A DNA stretch of 64,000 nucleotides from Chloroflexi bacterium 13_1_40CM_65_17 (GCA_001917815.1 MNES01000084.1:12825-76824); one strand, 5' to 3'; numbered from the stretch's first letter, positions 27,445 through 37,211 are shown. Translations and numbers: made by a program. The notes: generated from the letters alone by a model not told the origin.

Positions 27445-27504
27445 CCTCCCCACCCGGCCGGACTCGCTGCGCGAGTCGGGCCACCCTCCCCACGAGTGGG
27501 GAGG
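27445..27504 (-). repeat. composite SD/anti-SD palindromic repeat, copy D (secY-adk spacer; distal arm is the adk SD)
   Basis: Minus-strand reading: CCTCCCCAC-TC-GTGGGGAGG / GTGGCCC / GACTCGC-GCA-GCGAGTC / CGGCCGG / GTGGGGAGG, then CCCAACC and GTG (adk). Confidence 0.85.
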
Positions 27505-27507
27505 TCA

Positions 27508-28839
27508 TCAACGGATAAAGCCGCGGTACTGGCGCATGACGAGCTGCGTCTGCAGCTGTTTCATGGTGTCCAGAGCGACGCCGACGACGATCAGGATCGC
27601 CGTCCCGCCCAGGTACATCTGCTGGTGGGGGATGCCCGAGATCTTGGCCGTGGCGACGGGCAGGATCACGGTGATGAAGCCGAGGAAGGTGGCGCCGGCG
27701 AAGGTGACCCGGTTCATGACCGCCGCCAGGTAGTCCGCGGTGGGACGCCCGGGACGGATTCCGGGGATGAAGCTCGAGTAGCGCTTGAGGTTGTCGGCGA
27801 CGTCGTTCACCTCGAACGTGATCGCGGTGTAGAAGTAGGTGAAGCCGAAAGTGAGGATGAAATAGAGCGCGTTGTAGGTCACGGCCATCGGGACGTTGGC
27901 GGTGTCGGGCGTGAAGTTGCCCCGTATCCACGAAGCCGCCTTGTAGTACCAGGTGTCGACCGGGGCGCCCTGGAAGTAGTTGGAGACGATGGTCGGTAAG
28001 AACATCACCGAGATCGCGAAGATGATCGGGATCACGCCCGCGTGGTTCACACGCAGCGGCAGGAAGCTGGCGCGGCTCTGTACCTGCTTGAGGCCGACAG
28101 TGCGCTGCGCCGACTGGATGGGAATCTTCCGCACCGCCTGCTGGACCTCGATGATGACCGCGGTCATGACGAGCGCGATGATCCCGAAGAGGATGAAGGG
28201 CACGTAGTCGGCCAGTCCGCCGCCTGTGGAGTGGGCGGTGAACACGGAGGCGATGCCCTGCGGCCCCCGGCCGATGATGCCGGCGAAGATGATCAGCGAG
28301 ACGCCGTTGCCGATGCCGTACTCGGTGATCAGCTCACCGAACCACATCAGCATCACGGTGCCGGCGGTGAGGACGACGACGATCTCCAGGCGCTGGAACC
28401 AATCGAGCGGGGGCAGGATGGCCGGGCTCGTGTTCTGGAACAGCACCGTGAAGCCATATGCCTGGCCGGCGCCCAGCGCGACTGTGAGGTAGCGGCTCCA
28501 ACGCTGAATGCGGCGCCGACCCGCTTCACCCTCCTTCTGGATCTCCTTGATGCGCTCGGAGATCACCGTCATCAGCTGCATGATGATCGTCGCGTTGATG
28601 TACGGGTTCATGCCCATGGCCACGACGCTGAAGCGCGACAGTCCACCGCCCGAGAACAGGTCGAGCAGTCCAAGGAGCGCCTGGGAGTTGAAGAGCTGTG
28701 CGAGCGCGGCCTGGCTCGCACCCGGCACCGCGACGTTGGCAAAGAGCCTGAAGATGACCAGGATCCCGCCCGTGAAGAGGATCTTGTTCCGCAGCTCGGG
28801 CAGCCGGATGGCGTTGACCAGGGCCTCGAGCAGGTTCAT
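27508..28839 (-). CDS. secY: preprotein translocase subunit SecY
   Basis: 443 aa, 10-TM pattern, in the rplO-secY-adk context. Confidence 0.96.
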   Translation of the reverse strand: MNLLEALVNAIRLPELRNKILFTGGILVIFRLFANVAVPGASQAALAQLFNSQALLGLLDLFSGGGLSRFSVVAMGMNPYINATIIMQLMTVISERIKEIQKEGEAGRRRIQRWSRYLTVALGAGQAYGFTVLFQNTSPAILPPLDWFQRLEIVVVLTAGTVMLMWFGELITEYGIGNGVSLIIFAGIIGRGPQGIASVFTAHSTGGGLADYVPFILFGIIALVMTAVIIEVQQAVRKIPIQSAQRTVGLKQVQSRASFLPLRVNHAGVIPIIFAISVMFLPTIVSNYFQGAPVDTWYYKAASWIRGNFTPDTANVPMAVTYNALYFILTFGFTYFYTAITFEVNDVADNLKRYSSFIPGIRPGRPTADYLAAVMNRVTFAGATFLGFITVILPVATAKISGIPHQQMYLGGTAILIVVGVALDTMKQLQTQLVMRQYRGFIR

Positions 28840-28842
28840 AGG

Positions 28843-29463
28843 CTATTCCTCGGTTGTAGGTCTGCTTTGCTCGGTCTTGGGTTCCTCGGAACCCCCCACC
28901 TGTCGGGCCCGCTTCGCGGGCGCGACTTCCTCCCCACTTCGTGGGGAGGTTTCTGGTTCCTCGGCCTTGGGCGTTCGTTTTGCGGTCTTGGCCGCCAGTC
29001 GCTTCGGGCCGATCTTCCGAGGCTCTCCGATCACCTTGACGGAGCCGCCGCGCGCCTCGATCGCCTCGCGCGCGCTCGAGCTGAAAGCGTGTGCCTCCAC
29101 TGTGAGCTTGCGGTCGAGGGATCCGGTGCCGAGGACTTTGACCTCGAAGCCGGCGCGCACAAGGCCGGCCTCCGCGAGCGAGGCGGCATCGACCTTGGCT
29201 CCGTCGGGGAACCGGCTGAGCTTCGAGATGTTCACCACCGAGTAGATCTTCTTGAACGGATTCTTGAAACCCGGCAGCTTGGGTATGCGCTGCGACAGCG
29301 GCATCTGTCCACCTTCGAACCCCGGGCGGAAGCCTTCGCTGCGCGCGTTCTGTCCTTTCTGTCCGCGCCCTGATGTCTTGCCGCGGCCCGAGCCGGTGCC
29401 GCGGCCGATGCGCCGGGCCTTGCGGTGCGCGCCCGCGGCGGGTTTCAGGTCGTGGAGCTGCAT
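28843..29463 (-). CDS. rplO: 50S ribosomal protein L15 with ~55-aa C-terminal extension
   Basis: MQLHDLKPAAGAHRKARRIGRGTGSGRGKTSGRG... 206 aa, noticeably longer than the uL15 proteins I recall. Confidence 0.93.
   Translation of the reverse strand: MQLHDLKPAAGAHRKARRIGRGTGSGRGKTSGRGQKGQNARSEGFRPGFEGGQMPLSQRIPKLPGFKNPFKKIYSVVNISKLSRFPDGAKVDAASLAEAGLVRAGFEVKVLGTGSLDRKLTVEAHAFSSSAREAIEARGGSVKVIGEPRKIGPKRLAAKTAKRTPKAEEPETSPRSGEEVAPAKRARQVGGSEEPKTEQSRPTTEE
28892..28949 (-). repeat. composite SD/anti-SD repeat, copy E, in frame inside the rplO extension
   Basis: Minus-strand reading: CCTCCCCAC-GAA-GTGGGGAGG / AAGTCGC / GCCCGC-GAA-GCGGGC / CCGACAG / GTGGGGGG. Translated as TSPRSGEEVAPAKRARQVGG. Confidence 0.8.
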
Positions 29464-29468
29464 CTCTC

Positions 29469-29753
29469 TCAGTTTCCTCGCTGGTGCTTCTTGTCGGAGC
29501 GCTTGCGCCAGATCTTGTACCGGCCGCGCTTGGGCCGCACGTACGGCTCGCCATCAACCGCGATGAGGAACGCCACCGCCTTCAGCATGCCCCTGACCGC
29601 CGGGTTGTCGGGCAGCTCGCGTGTCTGGTTGAGCCGGCGGAACCCGAGCGACTCGACGGTGGCCTTGAGCACCGGCTTGGCGCCGATGGTGCTTTTCTTC
29701 AACGTCGCCTTGAGTGTCTTGTCTGCGGTCGCGGCTGCTTTGCGAGCGGTCAC
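29469..29753 (-). CDS. rpmD: 50S ribosomal protein L30 with N- and C-terminal extensions
   Basis: Core [51 protein letters not shown]. Basic 27-aa tail. GTGA overlap with rpsE. Confidence 0.9.
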   Translation of the reverse strand: MTARKAAATADKTLKATLKKSTIGAKPVLKATVESLGFRRLNQTRELPDNPAVRGMLKAVAFLIAVDGEPYVRPKRGRYKIWRKRSDKKHQRGN

Positions 29754-30382
29754 TTGGTCTCCTTGGGGGTCGCGGCCGGCTCGGCAGCAGCACCGTTCGC
29801 GAGCTGGTCTGAAGGTGCGCCCTGCGCGCGCCCGGCGCCATCGGCGCGCTTGTAAGCGTTTGCGAGCCGGCGGCCGACGATCTGGTCGACCTCCTTGCCT
29901 CGCAGCTCAGCCACCTGCTGAGCGGTGCGCAGCTGCTGCAATGCCGCCAGGGTCGCGCGCACGGTGTTGATGGGATTGTTGGTGCCATGTGACTTGGTGA
30001 GGATGTCCTTGATGCCCGCGGTCTCGATGACGGCTCGCATCGCGCCACCCGAGATCACGCCGGTTCCGGGTGCGGCCGGCTTGAGCATGATCCGAGCGGA
30101 CCCGAGCTTGAGCCTCACCTCGTGCGGGATCGTGGTCCCGACCATCGGGACCGTGATCATGTTGCGCTTGGCGACTTCCATGCCCTTGCGAATCGCCTCG
30201 GTCACCTCGCGCGCCTTGCCGATGCCCGCGCCGACGCGACCGTTCATGTCGCCGACAACGATCAGCGCGCTGAACGAGAACTTGCGTCCGCCCTTGACGA
30301 CCTTGGCGACGCGATTGACGCGGACGACGCGGTCGGCGAGCTCCGATCGCTCACCGCTCGAGTGTGGGTATCGAGATCCCAT
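29750..30382 (-). CDS. rpsE: 30S ribosomal protein S5 with C-terminal extension
   Basis: [25 protein letters not shown]... 210 aa. Confidence 0.95.
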   Translation of the reverse strand: MGSRYPHSSGERSELADRVVRVNRVAKVVKGGRKFSFSALIVVGDMNGRVGAGIGKAREVTEAIRKGMEVAKRNMITVPMVGTTIPHEVRLKLGSARIMLKPAAPGTGVISGGAMRAVIETAGIKDILTKSHGTNNPINTVRATLAALQQLRTAQQVAELRGKEVDQIVGRRLANAYKRADGAGRAQGAPSDQLANGAAAEPAATPKETK

Positions 30383-30388
30383 AAGTGC

Positions 30389-30742
30389 CTAAAACTCCAA
30401 TCCGGCTTCGCGCGCGGCGTCTGCCAGAGCCTTGATTCTGCCGTGGTAGAGGAACCCGCCGCGATCGAAGACGACGCGGTTGACGCCTGCCGCCTTGGCC
30501 TTCGCGGCGATCTGCTTGCCGACCTGCGCGGCTTCTGACATGCCGTTGCCTTTGGCCTTGAGCTCGACCGTCGACGCGGCGGCCACCGTCTTGCTGGCGC
30601 CGTCGTCGATGACCTGTGCGTACAGGTGGTTGAGGCTCCGGTAGACCGCGAGCCGCGGCCTCTCCGAGGTTCCGCTCACGTTCACCCGCACACGGCGGTG
30701 CCGCTTGCTGCGGCCTTCCTTGCGATCGGTGCGCTTGATCAT
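30389..30742 (-). CDS. rplR: 50S ribosomal protein L18
   Basis: [33 protein letters not shown]. Confidence 0.95.
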   Translation of the reverse strand: MIKRTDRKEGRSKRHRRVRVNVSGTSERPRLAVYRSLNHLYAQVIDDGASKTVAAASTVELKAKGNGMSEAAQVGKQIAAKAKAAGVNRVVFDRGGFLYHGRIKALADAAREAGLEF

Positions 30743-31293
30743 GCGGTGGTTTTGGCACCCTTGCCGGCCTTGCCGGCCTTGCGGCGCACCTTCTCACCGC
30801 GATACATGACACCTTTGCCCTTGTAAGGCTCGGGCGGGCGGAAGGCACGGATGTCCGCGGCCACCTGGCCGACGGTTTCCTTCTCGATGCCAGAGACCGT
30901 GAACTTGGTCTGGTCCTGCACGTCGATCGTGATGCCCGGTGGGGGCTTGAACTTGATTGGGTGGGAGTAGCCAAGGCTCAGCACGATCTCGTCGCCTTGC
31001 TTCGCGACGCGGTAGCCGACCCCGACCAGCTCGAGCTGCTTGGTGAAGCCCTCGTTGACGCCGATGACCATGTTCGCGACCAGGCTGCGGACCAGGCCAT
31101 GCAGGGCGCGGTGCTTGTAGTCGTCTGATGGACGCTTGCACACGATGTGACCGTCCGCCAGCTCTACGGTGATATCCGCCGGCAGGGTGCGCTCGAGCTT
31201 GCCTTTCGGCCCTTCCACCTTTACATGCCCAGGTTCCACAGCGACCTTGACGGCGCTGGGAACCGGGATCGGCAGCTTACCAATGCGCGACAA
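30739..31293 (-). CDS. rplF: 50S ribosomal protein L6
   Basis: [17 protein letters not shown]... TTG start. Confidence 0.95.
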   Translation of the reverse strand: MSRIGKLPIPVPSAVKVAVEPGHVKVEGPKGKLERTLPADITVELADGHIVCKRPSDDYKHRALHGLVRSLVANMVIGVNEGFTKQLELVGVGYRVAKQGDEIVLSLGYSHPIKFKPPPGITIDVQDQTKFTVSGIEKETVGQVAADIRAFRPPEPYKGKGVMYRGEKVRRKAGKAGKGAKTTA

Positions 31294-31309
31294 CTAATCC
31301 TTCCTTGAT

Positions 31310-31762
31310 CTACCAGACATAACAGAGCACCTCGCCCCCGAGTCCCTGGCGCAGCGCCTGGCGCCCGCTCATGACTCCTTCGGCAGTGCTCAGGACTGCG
31401 ATTCCGAGCCCACCGAGAACCCGCGGGATCTCCGTCTTTCTGGCGTAGACCCGCAGTCCAGGGCGGCTGATCCTCTTCACTCCCGAGATCACGCGGGTGC
31501 GATCGGGGCGGGACTTGAAGATGATACGCATCGACTGAGCGGTACCGTCCGATTCGATCTCGTACCCGGCGATGTAGCCCTCGTCCTTCAGGACGCGCGC
31601 GATCTCGAGCTTCAGCTTGGACGCCGGCACTCGCACCTCGGGGTGGCGCGCCGTGTTGGCGTTGCGAACGCGCGTCAGCATGTCGGCTATGGGATCGGAC
31701 ACTATCCCGGCCGGCGCCCGCTTGACGGTCTTGGCCGCGGTGGTGGCGGTGCTTGCTGCCAT
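31310..31762 (-). CDS. rpsH: 30S ribosomal protein S8 with short N-terminal extension
   Basis: [15 protein letters not shown]. The ATG at 31762 overlaps the S14 stop (TGATG). The track's longer N-terminus is rejected. Confidence 0.93.
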   Translation of the reverse strand: MAASTATTAAKTVKRAPAGIVSDPIADMLTRVRNANTARHPEVRVPASKLKLEIARVLKDEGYIAGYEIESDGTAQSMRIIFKSRPDRTRVISGVKRISRPGLRVYARKTEIPRVLGGLGIAVLSTAEGVMSGRQALRQGLGGEVLCYVW

Positions 31763-31956
31763 CACCAGCTCGACTTCGTAATGCCGGGGATGCGTCCCTC
31801 GGCTGCCAGTGTCCGGAAACAGATGCGGCACATGCCGAACTTGCGCAGGTAAGCGCGTGGGCGCCCGCAGATGCGGCAGCGATTGTGGAACCGAACCTTG
31901 AACTTAGGGTGCACCATGTCCCTCTTCCAGCGCTCGAGCGAAGACTTCTTGGCCAA
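31762..31956 (-). CDS. rpsN: 30S ribosomal protein S14, type Z (zinc form)
   Basis: 64 aa. [22 protein letters not shown] has two CxxC pairs. Confidence 0.93.
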   Translation of the reverse strand: MAKKSSLERWKRDMVHPKFKVRFHNRCRICGRPRAYLRKFGMCRICFRTLAAEGRIPGITKSSW

Positions 31957-31973
31957 ACTCTCTACCTCTTCCT

Positions 31974-32600
31974 TTATCTCTTCCTAAAAGGCATACCCAG
32001 CCGGGTCAGCAGGCTGCGCGCCTCATCGTCGTTGCGGGCCGTGGTCACGATCGCCACCTCGAGTCCCCGCAGCTTGTCGATCTTGTCGTAGTCGATCTCC
32101 GGGAATACGACCTGCTCGCGCAGGCCCAACGAATAGTTGCCGCGGCCGTCGAAGCCGTCGGGGTTCACGCCGCGAAAGTCGCGAATCCGGGGCAGCGCGA
32201 CGTTGAGGAGCTTGTCGAGGAAGTACCACATGCGGCGGCCGCGAAGGGTGGTCTTGATGCCGACTGTCTGGCCCTCCCGGAGCTTGAACGCGGCCACCGA
32301 CTTCCGAGCCTTGATGAGCGCGGGCTTCTGGCCGGTGATGGTGACCACGTCGCCGACAGCGGCGTCGAGCGCCTTGTCGTTGTCCTTCGCCTCACCAATG
32401 CCTACGTTGACCACGACCTTGGCGACCCGCGGGACCTCCATGACGTTCTCGTATTCGAACTCCTTCGTCATCTGAGGGACGATCTTTTCGCGGTAGGCCG
32501 TCAGCAGGCGCGGGGGAGCCTCCGACTTCGTGCCGGGGGCCTTCGGCGCTGCCGGCTTCGCGTCTTGCTTCTTCTTAGGCTGGACCTTGGCTTTGCTCAC
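31974..32600 (-). CDS. rplE: 50S ribosomal protein L5 with Lys/Ala/Pro-rich N-terminal extension
   Basis: [19 protein letters not shown] core. GTGA overlap with rplX. Confidence 0.95.
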   Translation of the reverse strand: MSKAKVQPKKKQDAKPAAPKAPGTKSEAPPRLLTAYREKIVPQMTKEFEYENVMEVPRVAKVVVNVGIGEAKDNDKALDAAVGDVVTITGQKPALIKARKSVAAFKLREGQTVGIKTTLRGRRMWYFLDKLLNVALPRIRDFRGVNPDGFDGRGNYSLGLREQVVFPEIDYDKIDKLRGLEVAIVTTARNDDEARSLLTRLGMPFRKR

Positions 32601-32983
32601 TGAGCCTCCGTCTTCCTGACTCGCTCGTACGGCTCGTCGCAGTGTCTGCAGACGAGTGCGCGCGCGCCCGACTCGAGGATGATGTGCTTGGTCCTGGTCG
32701 GCCGCGAGCAGGACGGGCAGACGAGCATGACGTTCGAGTAGTCGAGCGGCGCCTCGAAGTCGACGACGCCACCCTGCGCGACGCTGACGCCGCCGCGCGA
32801 ACGGCCGGCCTTCGTGTGCCGCTTGAGGATGTTGACGCCCTTGACGACGATCTTGTGCTTTTCCGGGATTGTTCGCAGAACCTCACCGGTCTTGCCCTTG
32901 TCCTTGCCGGCGATGACGACCACGGGGTCGCCCGGAGCAAGGTCGAGCCAATGGCGGGCGGGCTGGGGTTTGTTTCTAAGCAT
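32597..32983 (-). CDS. rplX: 50S ribosomal protein L24 (four-Cys C-terminal form)
   Basis: [21 protein letters not shown] motif. C-terminal CPSC...CRHC. Confidence 0.93.
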   Translation of the reverse strand: MLRNKPQPARHWLDLAPGDPVVVIAGKDKGKTGEVLRTIPEKHKIVVKGVNILKRHTKAGRSRGGVSVAQGGVVDFEAPLDYSNVMLVCPSCSRPTRTKHIILESGARALVCRHCDEPYERVRKTEAQ

Positions 32984-32985
32984 CT

Positions 32986-33354
32986 CTACAGAACCTCGGG
33001 AGCCAAGCTGATGATCTTCATGAAGTTACGCTCACGCAGCTCGCGGGCAACCGGGCCGAAGATGCGCGTGCCTCGGGGGTTGTTCGCCTGCGCGAGCAGC
33101 ACGGCGGCGTTTTCGTCGAAGCGGATGAGCGAGCCGTCGGGGCGGCGATATTCCTTGTTGACACGGACCACGACAGCCTTCACGACCTCGCCCTTCTTGA
33201 CCTGGCCGCCAGGCTGCGCGGACTTGACGGTGGCGGTGATGATGTCGCCCACCGAAGCGTACTTTCGGTAGTGCCCGCCGGCCACGCGGATGCACAGGAT
33301 CTCTTTCGCTCCTGAGTTGTCCGCGACCTTGAGCCGTGTCTCTTGCTGGACCAT
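32986..33354 (-). CDS. rplN: 50S ribosomal protein L14
   Basis: [18 protein letters not shown]. The ATG at 33354 is preferred over the track start. Confidence 0.95.
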   Translation of the reverse strand: MVQQETRLKVADNSGAKEILCIRVAGGHYRKYASVGDIITATVKSAQPGGQVKKGEVVKAVVVRVNKEYRRPDGSLIRFDENAAVLLAQANNPRGTRIFGPVARELRERNFMKIISLAPEVL

Positions 33355-33358
33355 TTCG

Positions 33359-33649
33359 TTACTTGGCCTTCTCCACGATCTCAAGTACGCGCCATCGTTT
33401 CTCTTTGGAGATGGGACGCGTTTCCGTGATTCGGACGAGGTCGCCCACGCCGCATTCGTTCTTCTCGTCGTGGACTTTGAACCGCGTCCGCTGCTGCACA
33501 GTCTTGCGATAGAGACGGTGGGCCTTCGACGTGCCCACCTGGACGATGACCGTCTTGTTCATCTTGTCCGAGATCACGGTGCCCAGGCGGACCTTGCGCT
33601 GCCCGCGGGTGGACGCCGGGGTCTCGATGGCTTTCTGATCGGTCGCCAT
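33359..33649 (-). CDS. rpsQ: 30S ribosomal protein S17
   Basis: [21 protein letters not shown]. The ATG at 33649 overlaps the rpmC stop; the TTG at 33652 is also possible. Confidence 0.93.
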   Translation of the reverse strand: MATDQKAIETPASTRGQRKVRLGTVISDKMNKTVIVQVGTSKAHRLYRKTVQQRTRFKVHDEKNECGVGDLVRITETRPISKEKRWRVLEIVEKAK

Positions 33650-33999
33650 CAAGACGGCTCCTCGGTCTTCGCCTTGCGGGCGCGCTTCGGCTTGGGAACC
33701 TCGATCACTGGGGCGTCAGGCTCGAATCCCTCATCCACCGCCTTCGCGGGTTGTGCCTCCCTACCCGGCGCTTGCGCGTCGGCCTCCCCACGGGGTGGGG
33801 AGGTGACGATCCCCAGCTCGCGTTCGCTCAGCACCGTCATGATCCGGGCGATGTCGTGGCGCACCTTGGAAATCTGGCTCGAGTTCTCGAGCTGGCCGAC
33901 CGCGTGCTTGAAGCGGAGCTCGTAGAGCTCACGCCGCGCCGCGCGCATGCGGTCCTCCAGCTGGTCCTCCTCTAGCTCCCTCAGCTCGTCGACCTTCAT
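33649..33999 (-). CDS. rpmC: 50S ribosomal protein L29 with ~50-aa C-terminal extension
   Basis: [39 protein letters not shown] core. 116 aa, noticeably longer than the uL29 proteins I recall. Confidence 0.9.
   Translation of the reverse strand: MKVDELRELEEDQLEDRMRAARRELYELRFKHAVGQLENSSQISKVRHDIARIMTVLSERELGIVTSPPRGEADAQAPGREAQPAKAVDEGFEPDAPVIEVPKPKRARKAKTEEPS
33757..33803 (-). repeat. composite SD/anti-SD repeat, copy F, in frame inside the rpmC extension
   Basis: Minus-strand reading: CCTCCCCAC-CCC-GTGGGGAGG / CCGAC / GCGC-AA-GCGC / CGG / GTAGGGAGG. Translated as [16 protein letters not shown]. Confidence 0.8.
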
Positions 34000-34427
34000 C
34001 CAGCACCTCCGGTGGTGACCGACTCGGAGCTGACGAACCTGGTCTTGATGGGAAGCTTGGACGCGGCCAGCTTCATGGCCTCCTTGGCGACCTGGGGCGT
34101 GACGCCGCCCATCTCGAAAAGGATGCGTCCGGGCTTGACCACGGCCACCCAGCCTTCGGGGTTGCCCTTGCCTGAGCCCATTCGCGTCTCAGCCGGCTTC
34201 TTGGTGATCGACTTGTCGGGGAAGACGCGGATCCAGATCTGACCGCCGCGCTTGACGTGGCGGGTCATCGCCCGGCGGGCAGCTTCGATCTGGCGGTTGC
34301 TCATCCAGCACGCCTCGACGGCCTGCAGGCCGTAGTCGCCGAACGCGACCGTGGCGCCGCGCGTGGCGATGCCCGTGCGGCGGCCGCGGTGCATCTTGCG
34401 GTACTTGACTCTCTTCGGGATCAGCAT
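33996..34427 (-). CDS. rplP: 50S ribosomal protein L16
   Basis: [16 protein letters not shown]... Confidence 0.96.
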   Translation of the reverse strand: MLIPKRVKYRKMHRGRRTGIATRGATVAFGDYGLQAVEACWMSNRQIEAARRAMTRHVKRGGQIWIRVFPDKSITKKPAETRMGSGKGNPEGWVAVVKPGRILFEMGGVTPQVAKEAMKLAASKLPIKTRFVSSESVTTGGAG

Positions 34428-35393
34428 CTAGCTCTTGTCCTTTGGGGTCCCCGCGCGCTTAGCGCGGGAGCTTTCAGGAGCCTTCTTTGGTGCCGGGGCT
34501 TTCTCGCCTTTGGGCTCGGCTGCCTTGGCCTTTGCGGCAGGCTTGGCTTTGGCAGTCGTGGCTTTCGGCTTGGCTGTGGCAGCTGTCGCGCGAGCGCGCT
34601 TCGGCTCGGCGGCAGGAGCGGCGGGAGCGGCGACTTCCGCCGTCACCGGCTCCGGCGGCGCGGCCTCGACCACCGGCTGAGGAGCGATTTCGACCGGCGC
34701 TTCGGGTTGGGGAGCTATAGCCTCTCCGATGGGAGCGCCGTCGGCAATGGGCAGCCGGGCCTTCGGGGTGATCTGGTCCTTGTAGATCCAGCATTTGACG
34801 CCGATCGCGCCGAACGTGGTCTTGGCGGTGGCGCGGCCGAAATCGATGTCGGCGCGCAAGGTGTGCAGAGGCACGCGGCCCTCGCGGTCCCACTCACGGC
34901 GCGCCATCTCGGCTCCGCGCAGGCGACCGCCGCAGTAGATGCGGACGCCCTTGGCACCCGAGCGCATGGTGCGCAGGATCGCCTGCTTCATCGCGCGCTT
35001 GTAGCTGATGCGGCGCTCGATCTGGGAGGCGATGTTCTCGGCCACGAGCTGGGCATCGAGCTCGGGCTGCTTGATCTCCTGGATGGAGATGCGTACACGA
35101 TTCCCGAACCGCTTCTCGAGGTCTTCCCGCAGCTGGTCCACCGACGATCCGCCCTTGCCGATGACGATGCCGGGCTTGGCAGTGTGGATCGTGACGGTGA
35201 GCTGGGCGTTGGAAGACCGCTCGGTCTCGATCTTCGCGATGCCGGCGTTGCGCAGGCGCGCCAGGATGGCGCTCCGCATCTCGAGATCCTCGTGGAGCAT
35301 CTTCGTGTAGTCCTTGGGGTTGGCGAACCAGTTCGCCTCCCAGGGGCGGAAGACTCCAAGCCGGAATGCGTTCGGATGGACTTTATGACCCAA
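34428..35393 (-). CDS. rpsC: 30S ribosomal protein S3 with ~100-aa Ala/Pro/Lys-rich C-terminal extension
   Basis: [14 protein letters not shown]... KH domain. 321 aa. Confidence 0.95.
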   Translation of the reverse strand: MGHKVHPNAFRLGVFRPWEANWFANPKDYTKMLHEDLEMRSAILARLRNAGIAKIETERSSNAQLTVTIHTAKPGIVIGKGGSSVDQLREDLEKRFGNRVRISIQEIKQPELDAQLVAENIASQIERRISYKRAMKQAILRTMRSGAKGVRIYCGGRLRGAEMARREWDREGRVPLHTLRADIDFGRATAKTTFGAIGVKCWIYKDQITPKARLPIADGAPIGEAIAPQPEAPVEIAPQPVVEAAPPEPVTAEVAAPAAPAAEPKRARATAATAKPKATTAKAKPAAKAKAAEPKGEKAPAPKKAPESSRAKRAGTPKDKS

Positions 35394-35750
35394 CTACTTT
35401 TTTTCCTCTGGGCGGTCTTCGACGACCGCGGTGATGTGGCAGGTGCGGTGGAAGAACTCGTGCGCCATGCTGCGGCTGACCGGCCTTCGACGCTTGTAGG
35501 TCGGGCCTTCGTCGATCAAGAGCTGCTTGAGCACGAGGTCGTCTCGGTTGAGGTTGAAGTTGTGCTCGGCGTTGGCGGCAGCCGACTTGATCGCCTTGGC
35601 GACGTCGCGCGCGGCATGCTTCGGCGAGAACTCGAGGTACGCGAGCGCGTCCGTGACCTTCATGCCCTTGACCGAGTCGGCCACGAGCCGCGCTTTGCGC
35701 GGCGTGCGGCGGACGTACTTTTGAACTGCGGAAACTTCCATCGTCGCCAA
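35394..35750 (-). CDS. rplV: 50S ribosomal protein L22
   Basis: [22 protein letters not shown]. Confidence 0.93.
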   Translation of the reverse strand: MATMEVSAVQKYVRRTPRKARLVADSVKGMKVTDALAYLEFSPKHAARDVAKAIKSAAANAEHNFNLNRDDLVLKQLLIDEGPTYKRRRPVSRSMAHEFFHRTCHITAVVEDRPEEKK

Positions 35751-35754
35751 CTTC

Positions 35755-36039
35755 TTACTTCAACGCCGTCGACTTTTCGGTATGGGTGCCGTGGCCGCGG
35801 AAGTGGCGAGTCGGCGCAAACTCGCCGAGCCGGTGGCCGACCATGTTCTCGCTGATGAAAACCGGCACGTGCTTGCGGCCGTCGTGGACGCCGATGGTGT
35901 GGCCGACCATGTCGGGATAGATGACCGATGAGCGCGCCCAGGTGCGAAGCACCTTTTTCTCGCGCGCCTGGTTCATCTTGTCGATCTTGGCCTTCAACGA
36001 TTCACTGATGTAGGGCCCCTTCTTCGTCGATCTGCTCAT
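35755..36039 (-). CDS. rpsS: 30S ribosomal protein S19
   Basis: [11 protein letters not shown]...[16 protein letters not shown]. Confidence 0.96.
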   Translation of the reverse strand: MSRSTKKGPYISESLKAKIDKMNQAREKKVLRTWARSSVIYPDMVGHTIGVHDGRKHVPVFISENMVGHRLGEFAPTRHFRGHGTHTEKSTALK

Positions 36040-36043
36040 CTAC

Positions 36044-36886
36044 TTACTTACTGCGTCCTTTCTTTTCTCTGCGCCGGATGATCAGCTTGTTCGAGGCCTT
36101 CTTCGGCTTTCGCGTGCGGTAGCCGAGCGCGGGCTTGCCCCATGGGGTCTTCGGGTTGCCGCCCGGTCCGGTCTTGCCCTCACCACCACCGTGTGGGTGG
36201 TCGACGGGGTTCATCGTCGAGCCTCTGACCGTTGGCCGCACGCCCATCCAGCGGCTGCGGCCGGCCTTGCCGCCCGACTGGTTCTCGTGCTCGATATTAC
36301 CGACCTGGCCGATCGTGGCCTGGCAGCGCACGTGGATCCTTCGCAGCTCTCCTGAGGGCATTCGGATGACGGCGTAGTCGCCTTCCTTGGCTAGCAGCTG
36401 CGCCGACGTGCCTGCTGACCTTGCAAGCTGGCCGCCTCTTCCTAGGGTCAGCTCGATGTTGTGCACGGTCGAACCGACAGGGATCCTGGCGAGAGGAAGC
36501 GCGTTGCCGATGCGCACCGGCGCCTCCTCCCCGCTTTCGATGGGATCGCCGACTTTCAGGCCCAGCGGCGCGAGGATGTATCGCTTCTCGCCGTCCTTGT
36601 AATGGACGAGCGCGATGCGTGAGCTGCGGTTGGGGTCGTACTCGATGGTCGCGACCTTGCCCGCGACGCCGAACTTGTCGCGCTTGAAGTCGATCTTCCG
36701 GTAAAGCTTCCGGTAGCCGCCGCCCTGGTGTCGGGTGGTGATCCGACCCTGGTTGTTGCGGCCGGCGTGCGTGGGCAGCGACTCGACGAGGCTCTTCTCG
36801 GGCTCTTGGGCCGTGACCTCGTCGAAACCACTGATGGTCATGAAGCGCCGTCCGGGGCTGGTGGGCTTGAACTTTCTCAGTGGCAT
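36044..36886 (-). CDS. rplB: 50S ribosomal protein L2
   Basis: [14 protein letters not shown]...[12 protein letters not shown]. Confidence 0.97.
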   Translation of the reverse strand: MPLRKFKPTSPGRRFMTISGFDEVTAQEPEKSLVESLPTHAGRNNQGRITTRHQGGGYRKLYRKIDFKRDKFGVAGKVATIEYDPNRSSRIALVHYKDGEKRYILAPLGLKVGDPIESGEEAPVRIGNALPLARIPVGSTVHNIELTLGRGGQLARSAGTSAQLLAKEGDYAVIRMPSGELRRIHVRCQATIGQVGNIEHENQSGGKAGRSRWMGVRPTVRGSTMNPVDHPHGGGEGKTGPGGNPKTPWGKPALGYRTRKPKKASNKLIIRRREKKGRSK

Positions 36887-36896
36887 TTGTTGCTCT

Positions 36897-37211
36897 CTAC
36901 ACGCTCCCGAACAAGCCTTCGATTTTCTGACCCTCGCCGAGCGTGACGATCGCTTTCTTCCAACCCGAGGTATGGCCGATCGAGCCGATTCGGCGCAGGC
37001 TGCGCCGGTTCTTGCCGCGCATGGTCACCGTGTTGACGTCCCTGACCTTGATGCCCTGAGCCTCGTACTGCTCCTCGAGCGCTTTCTTGATGTCGGTCTT
37101 GTTGGCCGTCTTGGCGACCCTGAACGTGTAACGGCCCTGCGTGTAGAGCTGGTAGGTGCGCTCGGTGATGACCGGGCCGATCACGATCTCGGAGGCGGCG
37201 CGGGTGGTCAT
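36897..37211 (-). CDS. rplW: 50S ribosomal protein L23
   Basis: [13 protein letters not shown]... ATGA overlap with the rplD stop. Confidence 0.93.
   Translation of the reverse strand: MTTRAASEIVIGPVITERTYQLYTQGRYTFRVAKTANKTDIKKALEEQYEAQGIKVRDVNTVTMRGKNRRSLRRIGSIGHTSGWKKAIVTLGEGQKIEGLFGSV

Noticed and set aside
32597-32983. CPSC...CRHC four-cysteine motif in uL24 as a possibly novel zinc ribbon
   Set aside because: To my recollection a similar Cys-containing uL24 C-terminus occurs in Thermus-type ribosomes. I therefore treat it as a known C+ variant rather than a novelty.
34257-35855. 532-aa plus-strand ORF opposite rplP, rpsC and rplV. Many similar 60-450 aa ORFs in the track lie opposite groEL, glmS, secY, fusA, the opp genes and others.
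   Set aside because: All are antisense or out-of-frame shadows of recognisable genes. None shows a family motif or a convincing SD-plus-start arrangement.
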